A stretch of 64,000 bases of DNA from positions 1,449 to 65,448 of the forward strand of contig JAZKHH010000009.1 in assembly GCA_040385465.1 (NCBI GenBank), read 5' to 3'. The DNA comes from Pseudomonadota bacterium. Its GTDB lineage: Bacteria; Pseudomonadota; Gammaproteobacteria; Burkholderiales; Burkholderiaceae_C. Positions 1 through 9,188 of this stretch are shown here, piece by piece (position 1 is the stretch's first letter; the number at the start of each line of letters is the position of its first letter). A model generated the notes under the pieces. It ran no database searches. It saw only the letters and a list, made by a program, of their open reading frames with translations, and was not told where the DNA came from. The translations under genes were made by a program, and so were the position numbers.

Positions 1-666
1 GACTGCGTGGTGGTCGATGAATCCATGCACGACCTCGGCCCGGAAGACATTCTGGAAATTTTGGACCAGCGCCCGGGCAGTTGCACCAGCTTGCCCGTGG
101 TGTTGCACCTGGCCGACGGCGGCTTGAGCCGCAACGACTGGCAGCGCAAGCATGGCCGCTTCGCCTTGCGGCACGCCCATTCACTCGACAGCCTGCTGGC
201 TCAAACCGCCTTGCTGCTGCACCGCAGCCCGGCGGTGATGTCCGACCGTGAACAGGGTGCGGTCGAAGACTCATTGGGCGCCAAGAGCGTGTTGTCGGGC
301 AAGAAAGCGTTGATTGTGGACGACGACATGCGCAACATCTTCGCGCTGGCCACCGTGCTGGACAACGAGGGCATGGTGATCGTCTCCGCCGACAACGGAC
401 GTGAAGCAATTCGCCTGGTGGAAACCGACCCAGGCATCGACATCGTGCTGATGGACATCATGATGCCGGAGATGGACGGCATGACCACGATGCAGCAAAT
501 CCGCAAGCTGCCGCGGGGCCGCGATCTGCCCATGGTGGCGGTGACTGCCAAGGCCATGAAAGGCGACCGCCAGAAGTGCATTGAAGCGGGTGCGTGGGAC
601 TACCTGTCCAAACCGGTCGACCCGATGCACCTGTTGGCCGTGTTGAGAGGGTGGCTATGCAACTGA
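1..666 (+). CDS. CheY-like receiver domain protein, probably 5'-truncated by the window edge
   Basis: Frame 1 is open from base 1. The C-terminal ~120 aa read KKALIVDDDMRNIF...DIVLMDIMMPEMDG...AVTAKAM...YLSKPVD, a receiver-domain signature. The stop at 664-666 overlaps the next ORF. Confidence 0.75.
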   Translation, partial: DCVVVDESMHDLGPEDILEILDQRPGSCTSLPVVLHLADGGLSRNDWQRKHGRFALRHAHSLDSLLAQTALLLHRSPAVMSDREQGAVEDSLGAKSVLSGKKALIVDDDMRNIFALATVLDNEGMVIVSADNGREAIRLVETDPGIDIVLMDIMMPEMDGMTTMQQIRKLPRGRDLPMVAVTAKAMKGDRQKCIEAGAWDYLSKPVDPMHLLAVLRGWLCN

Positions 667-2807
667 ACTCAGGGCTGTTGGGCCTGGACGACGGCACACA
701 GGAGCAGTCCAGCATTCTCATCGTCGACGACCTCGCCGAGAAGTTGTTGGTGTTCGAGACGGTGCTGGAGTCGCTGGGGCAGAACCTGGTGGTGGTGCGC
801 TCGGGCAACGAGGCCTTGCGGGAGATCCTGAAGCAGGAGTTTGCGGTCATCTTGCTGGACGTCAACATGCCCGACATCGACGGTTTCGAGACCGCCGCGA
901 TGATCCGCAAGTACAAGCGTTCGGCCCACACGCCGATCATCTTCATCACTTCCTTCGCCGACGAGGTGCAGATGGCCAAGGGGTACGCCCTGGGCGCGGT
1001 CGACTACATGCTGTCGCCGGTGATGCCGGAGATGCTGCGCTCCAAGGTCAAGGTGTTCGTCGAGCTGCACGTCATGCAGCGCCGCATGCAGCGCCAGGCC
1101 TCGGAGCGCATTGCGCTGGCCGCGGCCGAAGCAGCCCGTCTGGCCGCCGAAGACAACACCCGCCGCTTCGCCTTCTTGTCGCAGGCCAGCCGCGTGTTGA
1201 GCGCGTCGCTCGACGTGGACGTCGGCATGCGCAACCTGCTGACGCTGGTGGTGCCAGAGTTGTCGCAAGGGGCCTCGCTGCTGTTGCTGGAGCGGGTTGA
1301 CCGGGTGATGGTGTGCGAGAAACGCAATGCGCAGGCCGCGCCGATGTTGCGCGAGTGCAGCTTGACCGAGCTCAGGGCACCGGAGCGCCAAGCCATGCAG
1401 GACGCCTTTGCCCGGCGCGAACACATCGCCTTGGCGCCGCGAGCCCTTGGCAGCGCCAGCCAGACGGTGGTGCCGCTGGTGATTGCGGACCGGTGCCTGG
1501 GTGCGTTGATGGTGCAAACCAGCGAGTCCGCCGAAGACTGGAGCCTGCTCGACGAGCTGGCCCACCGCGCGGCCATTGCCTTTGAGAACGCCCGGCTGTA
1601 CCGCAGCCTGCAAACTGAGATTGAGGAGCGCCGCCGCGCCGAAGTCCGCCTGCTCGATTCGAACCGGCGCAAGGACGAGTTCTTGGCCATGCTGTCGCAC
1701 GAGCTGCGCAACCCGCTGGCGCCGATCCGCAACGCCGTGCAGGTGGTGCGCCTGGTGGCCCCGCCGCACCCAAAGCTGCTGTGGGCGACGGAAGTCATGG
1801 AGCGCCAGGTCAATCACCTGACCCGGCTGGTGGAGGAGCTGCTCGACGTCTCGCGCATCAGCCAGGGCAAGATCGTTTTGAAAGTGGAGCCGATGGACCT
1901 GGCGGCCGCCATCGCCCACGGCGTGGAAACCGTGCGATTGTTCATCGATGCGCGGCACATCACCCTGACGCAGCACCTGCCAGCCCACCCGGTTTGGCTG
2001 CACGGCGACGCCGCGCGGCTGTCGCAGGTGGTGGCCAACCTGCTCAACAACGCCGCCAAGTACACCCAGGAGGGCGGCGCGATCCACCTTGCGCTGTCGG
2101 TGGAAGACGGGCGGGCGGTGGTGTGCGTGAAAGACAACGGCATGGGCATTGACGCCGAGCTGTTGCCGAACGTGTTCGAGTTGTTCGAGCAGGGCAAGCG
2201 CTCGCTCGACCGGTCTCAGGGCGGCCTTGGCGTGGGGTTGACCCTGGTGCAGCGCCTGGTGCAGCTGCACCATGGGCAGGTGCAGGTGAGCAGCGATGGG
2301 CCAGGGCAGGGCGCCGAGTTCAAAGTCACCTTGCCCTGCATCGAGTCGGCAGCGGGCGCGCCGCAAATGGAAATGCCCCTGACGGTGCAGACGGCATCCA
2401 TCGAAACCTGCCGGGTGCTGGTGGTGGACGACAACCGAGACGCAGCCGAGACCACTGCCTTGTTCCTGGAGCTGGCGGGGCACGAGGTCAAGACCGTGAA
2501 CGACGGCATGCAGGCCCTGGACTGTGCGGTGGATTTCGGGCCGGACGTGGTGGTCCTGGACATTGGGCTGCCCCTCATGGACGGCTATGAAGTGGCCCGC
2601 CGTTTGCGGGCGGCGCACCCGACCCGGGATGCCCTGCTGATTGCGCTCACCGGGTATGGCCAACAGACCGATCGCCAGCAAGCCAAGGAGGCGGGCTTCG
2701 ATGCGCACCTGGTCAAGCCTGCCGAACCCCACGTGCTGACCCGGTTGATCTCTGACTGGAGCACGGCGGCACCTGGCGAGCCCTTGTGCCTGTTCGGAGC
2801 GCTGTGA
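657..2807 (+). CDS. Hybrid sensor histidine kinase (REC-GAF-HisKA-HATPase-REC)
   Basis: The ATG at 657 overlaps the upstream stop. N-terminal receiver (ILIVDDLAEK...LLDVNMPDIDGFE), a GAF-like region, H-box DEFLAMLSHELRNPLAPI, an ATPase region (NLLNNAAKYT...DNGMGI...GGLGVGL) and a C-terminal receiver (VLVVDDNRDA...VLDIGLPLMDGYE...LVKP). Confidence 0.9.
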   Translation: MQLNSGLLGLDDGTQEQSSILIVDDLAEKLLVFETVLESLGQNLVVVRSGNEALREILKQEFAVILLDVNMPDIDGFETAAMIRKYKRSAHTPIIFITSFADEVQMAKGYALGAVDYMLSPVMPEMLRSKVKVFVELHVMQRRMQRQASERIALAAAEAARLAAEDNTRRFAFLSQASRVLSASLDVDVGMRNLLTLVVPELSQGASLLLLERVDRVMVCEKRNAQAAPMLRECSLTELRAPERQAMQDAFARREHIALAPRALGSASQTVVPLVIADRCLGALMVQTSESAEDWSLLDELAHRAAIAFENARLYRSLQTEIEERRRAEVRLLDSNRRKDEFLAMLSHELRNPLAPIRNAVQVVRLVAPPHPKLLWATEVMERQVNHLTRLVEELLDVSRISQGKIVLKVEPMDLAAAIAHGVETVRLFIDARHITLTQHLPAHPVWLHGDAARLSQVVANLLNNAAKYTQEGGAIHLALSVEDGRAVVCVKDNGMGIDAELLPNVFELFEQGKRSLDRSQGGLGVGLTLVQRLVQLHHGQVQVSSDGPGQGAEFKVTLPCIESAAGAPQMEMPLTVQTASIETCRVLVVDDNRDAAETTALFLELAGHEVKTVNDGMQALDCAVDFGPDVVVLDIGLPLMDGYEVARRLRAAHPTRDALLIALTGYGQQTDRQQAKEAGFDAHLVKPAEPHVLTRLISDWSTAAPGEPLCLFGAL

Positions 2808-3093
2808 GGCGTCGGTGCAGCTTGGTAGATGCGGCAGCGCCGTTGCCTTCAAGGTGGCCCCCGGGCCTTGTCCCTGGCGCCCGCTTTGGTGTGCCCTTGA
2901 AGGCCGAATGCGGTAAGGCGATTTCCAGGTCCAAGGCGTGATCTGCACGCGACAGTGACCTGTGCCCTGCACAAGATATTGTTTGACAAGGCACCAAGGT
3001 CGTTGCCAGTCGTCCTAGACTCACGGCAGTTGAACACGGGATGAATCGATCCGCTGTGTGAAGCCTCGGCGCGCGAGGGTCACCGCAGCGCAC

Positions 3094-3125
3094 TGATTGA
3101 TTGACTGACTGACAGACAGACAGAC
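3094..3125. repeat. Degenerate tetranucleotide array (TGAT)2(TGAC)3(AGAC)3
   Basis: Read directly: tgattgattgactgactgacagacagacagac. Five TGA triplets spaced 4 nt apart close all three plus-strand frames. Confidence 0.9.
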
Positions 3126-3301
3126 CAGCGCTCCCAGCTTCACAGCAGACCGCAGGCCACCGTCGTGGTGGATGTTGTACTTGAAGATGATGATGATGAC
3201 GTTGCGCAGGGCTTGCGATGGTGTCGCCCGTCGCCGGCGGGTCGTTGTTGGGCTGCCGGCCTGCGCATTGCACCGTGCTTGTTTCATTGAACTGGTTCGC
3301 C

Positions 3302-3781
3302 ATGATGCCCCCGAAAAAACCCATTGCCATCGCCGCCTCGCAGGCGCCGGCACGCGTCAAGCCCTCGATCTACCCGGAGCCTTATGCCTCGCAGATGTCG
3401 GGCCGCATCAAACGGCCCTTGGGCGAGTTGTTCGGCTTGTCGAACTTCGGCGTCAATTTGACGGTGTTGCCGGCGCGTTCGGTGTCGGCCCTGCGGCATG
3501 CCCACAGCCGGCAAGACGAGTTCATCTACATCGTCTCGGGCCACCCGACCCTGGTCACTGCCGAAGGGCAGACACCCATGCAGCCAGGCATGTGCGCAGG
3601 TTTCAAAGCCGGCACGGGTGACGCGCACCAGTTGGTCAACGAAACCGTGGCAGAGGTCGTCTACCTCGAGGTGGGCGACCGGACGGCGGGTGACACCGTC
3701 GTCTACCCCGATGACGACCTGGCCGCCCAGCTCACCGTGGAGGGGTGGCGTTTCTTTCATAAGGACGGCACCGCTTATTGA
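3302..3781 (+). CDS. Cupin domain protein
   Basis: ORF 3218-3781, with the internal ATG at 3302 (MMPPKK) the likely start. The stretch RHAHSRQDEFIYIVSGHPTLV...GMCAGFKAGTGDAHQLVNE resembles a cupin two-motif core. Confidence 0.65.
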   Translation: MMPPKKPIAIAASQAPARVKPSIYPEPYASQMSGRIKRPLGELFGLSNFGVNLTVLPARSVSALRHAHSRQDEFIYIVSGHPTLVTAEGQTPMQPGMCAGFKAGTGDAHQLVNETVAEVVYLEVGDRTAGDTVVYPDDDLAAQLTVEGWRFFHKDGTAY

Positions 3782-4127
3782 TTGACGGGCCCAGTTCACT
3801 GGGCGCGAGAACCCATGAGCTCGCGTGTGGGCGGTGGGCCAGTGCTTCAGGCATTTGAGGCGCAAAGCACTGAGCCCGGAAGCGGTGGACTGCGCGACCA
3901 GAAACTGCCGCCTGTCCACCGCGCTGAGCGACAGGGCATGGGGAGTGCCCGAGGTCAAGCCCCGAGCAGTTGGTGCGGAAGGGCCGCCACCGGCGACACC
4001 CTCAGTTCGCCAGCGCCCGTGCAGGTGCGCTCAACCCACGTGCATTTCGACACACTTCCCGCCGCCCGCTCCCCCTGTTGAGGGCTTGACGCCCGTGCGG
4101 CCCCCCGGGGAGACTGCGGGCTTCCTG

Positions 4128-5792
4128 ATGTCAGAGAAGAAGTTGATGAAGCACCCTGCGCGCGTGGCCCCGATGTTGTTCTCCCACGCGCTGTGCAGCG
4201 TTGTGGCCCTCAGTGCCTTGCTGGCTGGTTGCGGTGGCGGCGATGATGATGGCAACAGGGCCCCCACGCCGGCCAGCACCGTGATGTTTCCCGGCGACAA
4301 CACCCTGGCCAACAACTTGCTCGGCCAGTGCGCGGTGCCGCGCACCGGCATCAACCCGGCCACCAGCCGGCCTTACCCAGACCGCGCGGGCAGCCTCCTC
4401 ACCGAACAACGCTGGCTGGCCGCCTGGACGAACGACACCTACCTTTGGTATGACGAGGTGAATTACGGCAACCCGGGCGCCTTGCCGGCCACCACGCTGG
4501 CTTACTTCAACACCCTCAAGACGCCGCGCCTGACACCGGCCGGCAAGGCCAAGGACCGTTTCCACTTCACCTATCCCACCGCTTTGTGGGAGTCGGCCCT
4601 GGCCGGCGAAGACGTGGGCTATGGCGCCACCTGGCTGTTCCCCAGCTCCGCACCGCCGCGCAAGGTGGTCGTGGCTTACACCAACGCGAACACGCCGGCC
4701 ACCGCGCCCACAGCGGCCTTGTTGCGCGGCACGGAAATTCTGCGCATCGACAACATCGATCTCGTCAACGACGCCACGGCCGCGAGCGTGGCCATCCTCA
4801 ATGCCGCGCTGTTCCCCAGCAAAGCGGGTGAAACCCACCAGTTCGTGGTGCGCGACCCCGGCGCCACGGCCACCCGCACCGTCACCCTGACCGCCGCCGC
4901 ACTGCCGGCCGCGCCGGTGCAGTCGGTGCGCACGCTGGCCAGCGGCACCGTCGGGTACCTGCAATTCAATGAGCACATCGGCCCGGCCGAGCCGGCGCTG
5001 ATCAATGCCGTCAATCAGCTGCGGACCGCCCAGGTCAGCGACCTGGTGATCGACGTGCGCTACAACGGCGGTGGCCTGCTCAGCATCGCCAGCCAACTGG
5101 CCTACATGGTGGCCGGACCGACCCGCACCGCCGGCAAAACCTTCGAGCGCCTGACGTTCAACAACCAGTACCCCTCGATCAACCCGGTCACCCGCACCGC
5201 CAACCAGCCCACGCCGTTCTACACCACCACGCTGGGCGCCTCAAGCTTGCCCCCGGGCACCGCCTTGCCCACGCTGAACCTGGGCCGGGTGTTCGTGATC
5301 ACCGGCGCCGACACCTGTTCGGCGAGCGAAGCCATCATCAACGGCCTGCGCGGCGCGGGTGTGGAGGTGATCCAGATCGGCGAGGCCACCTGCGGCAAGC
5401 CTTACGGCTTCTATCCCACCGAGAATTGCGGCACCACGTATTTCTCGATCCAGTTCAAGGGCGACAACGCCTTGGGCTTCAGCGACTACACCGACGGCTT
5501 CGTGCCGCAAAACGGCAAGACCACCGGCATCGCTGCCGGGGCGGTGGTGCCAGGTTGCGCGGTGGCCGACGACCTGGCCCATGGGCTTGGCGACCCGGCA
5601 GAAGCGCGCCTGGCCGCGGCGCTGCAATACCGCAGCACCGGCACCTGCCCGGCGGTGGCGCTGGCCAGCGTGCGGGGCGAGCAGGTGCTGTCGGCCGATG
5701 GGCGTGAACGAGACCCGGCTCTGGCTCTGCAGGTCCCCGATGGCCATGTCTGGAAAAAGCCGTTCCTGATGAACCGCATCCAGGACCGCTGA
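4128..5792 (+). CDS. S41 family (C-terminal processing type) peptidase, lipoprotein
   Basis: Start chosen at MSEKKLMKH. Lipobox LSALLAGC|GGG. S41-like core VGYLQFNEH...DLVIDVRYNGGGLLSIASQLAYMV and ...VITGADTCSASEAIINGLRG. Confidence 0.8.
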   Translation: MSEKKLMKHPARVAPMLFSHALCSVVALSALLAGCGGGDDDGNRAPTPASTVMFPGDNTLANNLLGQCAVPRTGINPATSRPYPDRAGSLLTEQRWLAAWTNDTYLWYDEVNYGNPGALPATTLAYFNTLKTPRLTPAGKAKDRFHFTYPTALWESALAGEDVGYGATWLFPSSAPPRKVVVAYTNANTPATAPTAALLRGTEILRIDNIDLVNDATAASVAILNAALFPSKAGETHQFVVRDPGATATRTVTLTAAALPAAPVQSVRTLASGTVGYLQFNEHIGPAEPALINAVNQLRTAQVSDLVIDVRYNGGGLLSIASQLAYMVAGPTRTAGKTFERLTFNNQYPSINPVTRTANQPTPFYTTTLGASSLPPGTALPTLNLGRVFVITGADTCSASEAIINGLRGAGVEVIQIGEATCGKPYGFYPTENCGTTYFSIQFKGDNALGFSDYTDGFVPQNGKTTGIAAGAVVPGCAVADDLAHGLGDPAEARLAAALQYRSTGTCPAVALASVRGEQVLSADGRERDPALALQVPDGHVWKKPFLMNRIQDR

Positions 5793-5840
5793 GCGGGCAG
5801 GGACCGGCCATCGCTCGCCTTGCCTCTTCAAGGTTCAGCT

Positions 5841-5877
5841 GCGGGGCCCATGTCGTGAAGACGTCGGCAGGCCCCGC
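5841..5877. terminator. Hairpin between convergent ORFs (possible bidirectional terminator)
   Basis: GCGGGGCC (5841-5848) pairs with GGCCCCGC (5870-5877) across a 21-nt loop. There is no clear U-tract. Confidence 0.3.
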
Positions 5878-5923
5878 GTTCCACTTCAACGCAGGCGGTG
5901 CGGTTCTTGTCGCACTGGCCGAG

Positions 5924-6237
5924 TCATGAGAACTGGCTGAAGACAGCGAGTTGGCCGAAGCCGTGCTCACCGAGGGGCCCGCCCGGTTGCCTTGTGGCTC
6001 ACTGACCAGCAGGTCGAGGTCCACGTCGTCATGGTCCCAGGAAATGCGGTAGACGAAGGCACCTTGGACCGAAGGCTGCCAGAGGGTGCCGCCGCCGCCG
6101 GTGATCAGCGGGTTGACCAAATGGCGCCAGGGCCCACCGCCTCCGGTCACGGTGTTGCTGATCGGCACCGCCCTGTGGCTGGCCCGCCCATTGGCGCCGC
6201 CGCCGGTAGAGCCGGGGGCGACGAACATCCGGTTCAA
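5924..6237 (-). pseudogene. Small Gly-rich ORF, apparently frameshifted
   Basis: The minus ORF from ATG 6237 (MFVAPGSTGGG...AFVYRISWDHDDVDLDLLVSEPQG) has high GC3 until the G/C run at 5974-5984. The high-GC3 reading then continues in another frame (...PLGEHGFGQLAVFSQFS) to TGA at 5924-5926. Confidence 0.25.
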
Positions 6238-6388
6238 GTCGATCCGCCAAAACCGGCCTGGGTAAAAAATTGGTCACACCGTGGCAAAACAAGGCGTATT
6301 TCACGCCTCACATCCTGCTTTTGCCTCTGGAGGCCACGACCACACTCGGGAACATTCACAACGCGTGATTTTTTGCCGAGGAGTGACC

Positions 6389-7927
6389 ATGTTCAAACTG
6401 CCCTCCGTTCACCTTTGCATCATGCAACCGGGTGGCTATGTGCATTCCCTGGGCTTTTTGGACCCGGCGCAGTACTTCCGGCACCAGTTCCGCCGCATGG
6501 GTGCGCAGGTCACCATGAGCAAGAACCGGCTGCGGCACGACGCGGTGAACTTCGTCTTCGGGGCCCACCTCGGCTTCGACGCGGCGCTGCGCGAGCGTTA
6601 CGACTGCATCTTCGTGAACCTGGAGCAGTTGGGCGAGGGCGGTGCGCAGGTCTCCGAGAGCTACCTGCGCCTGCTGGCCGGCTCGGCGGTGGTCGATTAC
6701 GACGCCCGCAACGTGCCCAGCTACAGCACCCAGGCGGCCGACGTGCCGGTGGTGCCGTTTTGGTTCGCCCCTTACTTGCGCCCGGAGATGGCCCTGCCGC
6801 TGGCGGACCGGCCCATCGACCTGCTGTTCATCGGCAGCATGAACGAGCGCCGCAAGGCCATGCTGGACCGAGTTCAGGCCCAGGGCGTGACGGTCAGCCA
6901 GTTCGACAGCCCGCTGTACGGGCCGGAGCGGGACCACTTCATCCTGCAGTCCAAGGCGGTGTTCAACACCCACTTCTATGCCACCAGCCGCTTCGAGCAG
7001 GCCCGTGTGTCGCATTGCCTGTCGCTGGGCACGCCGGTGATCTCCGAGCGCAGCGCCTTGACCGGGCCGGACGCGGCGTTCGAGAACAGCGTGCTCTGGG
7101 TGGAGGAAGCGGAGCTGGACACCTACTTCGCCCAGCGCTTCGGTCAGCCGGCGTTTTATGAGCAGGCGGCGCGCTGCCTGGACAACTTCACCCAGCACGA
7201 CCCGGTCGAGCCTTATGCCGACCTGCTGGCGTTTGCCGCCGGCTACAGCAAGACCCGCCGCGAACAGCGGGGTGCCGCGGCCTGGCAGCCCACCCAGATC
7301 AACCTCGGCTCGGGCAAGGATTACAAGCTCGGCTGGCTGAACCTGGACATCCTGGACCGCTCGCAGCCCGACGTGGTGCTGGACCTAGGGCGACCGGTGA
7401 GCTTTCCCGTGCGTTTCGACAGCCCGCTGGTCGGCCCGGTAGAACTGGCGCCTGGCTCGGTCTCCCTGGTCTATGCCAACAACGTGCTGGAGCATGTGCC
7501 CGATCTGCCGCAGCTGATGACGAATTGCCTGCAGCTGCTCAAAACCGGTGGGATCATGCACCTGGAAGTGCCCTATGAGCACGCCACCACCGCTTGGCAA
7601 GACCCGACGCACGTGCGCGCTCTGAACGAAAACTCCTGGCTCTACTACACCGACTGGTTTTGGTACCTGGGCTGGTTCGAACACCGGTTTTCCGCCCAAA
7701 ACTCCACCTACCTCGACGCTGCTTTGCAGCCCTGCGAGAAAAACCAGGCCGCTTTCATGCGCGTGGTGCTGGTGAAGGTGCAAACCACGCCGCAAGAACG
7801 CATGACCGCGCGGGTGATGCGCCCCGATTTCGCCCTGCCGGATGACAGCGGTTTGGTGCAAAGCCTGCGCCCGCAGCGCACCACCATCGCCCGGCTGGCC
7901 AGCGTCACTGCGGTTTCCCCGCTATGA
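6389..7927 (+). CDS. Fusion protein: glycosyltransferase-like N-domain plus class I SAM-dependent methyltransferase C-domain
   Basis: ATG 6389 lies behind a GAGGAG SD. The N-half IDLLFIGSMNERRKAMLDRV...SKAVFNTHFYATSRFEQARVSHCLSLGTPVISE resembles the C-terminal half of GT-B/CgeB-like transferases. The C-half INLGSGKDYKLGWLNLDI...VYANNVLEHVPD...LLKTGGIMHLEVP resembles a methyltransferase type 11 fold. Confidence 0.7.
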   Translation: MFKLPSVHLCIMQPGGYVHSLGFLDPAQYFRHQFRRMGAQVTMSKNRLRHDAVNFVFGAHLGFDAALRERYDCIFVNLEQLGEGGAQVSESYLRLLAGSAVVDYDARNVPSYSTQAADVPVVPFWFAPYLRPEMALPLADRPIDLLFIGSMNERRKAMLDRVQAQGVTVSQFDSPLYGPERDHFILQSKAVFNTHFYATSRFEQARVSHCLSLGTPVISERSALTGPDAAFENSVLWVEEAELDTYFAQRFGQPAFYEQAARCLDNFTQHDPVEPYADLLAFAAGYSKTRREQRGAAAWQPTQINLGSGKDYKLGWLNLDILDRSQPDVVLDLGRPVSFPVRFDSPLVGPVELAPGSVSLVYANNVLEHVPDLPQLMTNCLQLLKTGGIMHLEVPYEHATTAWQDPTHVRALNENSWLYYTDWFWYLGWFEHRFSAQNSTYLDAALQPCEKNQAAFMRVVLVKVQTTPQERMTARVMRPDFALPDDSGLVQSLRPQRTTIARLASVTAVSPL

Positions 7928-8139
7928 GGCCGGGGCGCCACGGTGCCCCGAGAACCATGTCACGTTTTGATACATCCGTACAAACCCGGTCGGAAGTTCC
8001 CTGACAGGGGGTATGGAAGAAACTGGACTCAAGCCACAGAGATGGGCTGATGTTGGCCGCCAATTGATCTGTTCACAATTCGTTTCACGCTGAGACGTTT
8101 TCATCAGCCCGATCAACGAATACAGACAAGGTGGAAGCC

Positions 8140-8463
8140 ATGAATGCCGATCAAGTCCTGACCGAAATCCGCGAAGCCAATCTTTCTTACCTGATGCTGG
8201 CCCAGAGCCTGATTCGCTCTGACCGCGAACAAGCTTTGTACCGTTTGGGCATCACCGAGGAGAGCGCTGCGATGATCGCACTGCTGACCCCGGCCCAGAT
8301 GATGAAAATTGCCGCCGGCAACACCTTGCTGTGCCGCTTCCGCATGGACGACGACCTGGTGTGGGGTCTGCTGACCAACCACGGCAAGGGCTCGGCCAAC
8401 GACACCACCAACCGCCTGCACGCCAGCATCCTGCTCGCCGGTCGCCACCAAGAAGCTGCCTGA
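8140..8463 (+). CDS. flhD: Flagellar master regulator subunit FlhD
   Basis: MNADQVLTEIREANLSYLMLAQSLIRSDREQALYRLGITEE...LTPAQMMKIAAGNTLLCRFRMDD aligns by eye with enteric FlhD. AAGGTGGA SD precedes ATG 8140. Confidence 0.9.
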   Translation: MNADQVLTEIREANLSYLMLAQSLIRSDREQALYRLGITEESAAMIALLTPAQMMKIAAGNTLLCRFRMDDDLVWGLLTNHGKGSANDTTNRLHASILLAGRHQEAA

Positions 8464-8519
8464 GCTTCGGCTCATTCCGCCTCGGTGTCACCCGGTTCAA
8501 CCCTCCTAGGAGCAGCATC

Positions 8520-9056
8520 ATGCGCAGCAAAAGTATCCTCACTGAAGCCAAGCAAATCGAGCGCGCCGTCACGCTGATCAACCTCGGCGCTCGATTGCAA
8601 GTGCTGGAGTCGGAAACCGACCTGTCGTATGAGCGCCTGTTGCGCCTGTACAAGGAGGTCTCGGGCAAGTCGCCCAGCAAGGGGCAGTTGCCGTTCTCGA
8701 CCGATTGGTTCATGACCTGGCAGCCGAACATCCATGCCAGCCTGTTCCTGAACATCCACGAGTACCTGAACAAGGTGGCCGAACTGGATGAGATCGACAC
8801 GGTGATCAAGGCCTACCAGCTGTATCAGGAGCAGACCACGGCCCAGAGCCTGGAAGCCCTGCTGTCCATCACCCGCGCCTGGCGCCTGGTGAAGTTCGTC
8901 GACAACGGCATGCTGACCCTGACGCAGTGCTCCAAGTGCGGCGGCAAGTTCGTGACCCACCCCCACGAGATCGCCAAGCACTATGTGTGCGGTCTGTGCA
9001 GCCCCCCGGCGCGCGCCGGCAAGGGCAAGTCGGTGGGCGGAATCCAGATGCACTGA
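8520..9056 (+). CDS. flhC: Flagellar master regulator subunit FlhC
   Basis: MRSKSILTEAKQIERAVTLINLGARLQVLESET...SPSKGQLPFSTDWFMTWQPNIHASLF... and the zinc site CSKCGGKFV...YVCGLC, immediately downstream of flhD. Confidence 0.92.
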   Translation: MRSKSILTEAKQIERAVTLINLGARLQVLESETDLSYERLLRLYKEVSGKSPSKGQLPFSTDWFMTWQPNIHASLFLNIHEYLNKVAELDEIDTVIKAYQLYQEQTTAQSLEALLSITRAWRLVKFVDNGMLTLTQCSKCGGKFVTHPHEIAKHYVCGLCSPPARAGKGKSVGGIQMH

Positions 9057-9130
9057 GCCCTCGGCGGGCATCGAACCTCCGGTTCACCAGACGGGCAGGG
9101 CGCTTCAATCGAGCATTCCTGCACGTCTTG

Positions 9131-9152
9131 CCAGCGGATGTGAAGCCGCTGG
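9131..9152 (+). terminator. Hairpin 75 nt after the flhC stop
   Basis: CCAGCGG-atgtgaag-CCGCTGG. Only a weak T-rich tail (cttaagttt). Confidence 0.35.
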
Positions 9153-9153
9153 C

Positions 9154-9181
9154 TTAAGTTTCCAGGTTGCGTTGCCGATCA
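9154..9181 (+). promoter_or_regulatory. Sigma-28 (FliA)-type promoter candidate P1
   Basis: TTAAGTTT-N12-GCCGATCA versus the enteric consensus TAAAGTTT-N11-GCCGATAA (7/8 and 7/8 matches, spacer +1). Confidence 0.55.
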
Positions 9182-9188
9182 CCTCGGT

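Noticed and set aside
669-2972. 767-aa minus-strand ORF covering the whole hybrid kinase gene
   Set aside because: Antisense to a kinase with clear H-box, ATPase and receiver motifs. The translation is Arg/Gly/His/Gln-rich with no recognisable domain. This is a typical long shadow ORF in high-GC DNA.
3825-4127. N-terminal 100-aa extension of the S41 peptidase ORF
   Set aside because: The lipoprotein signal peptide and lipobox sit right after the internal Met at 4128. The upstream part is Arg/Pro-rich and non-coding in appearance.
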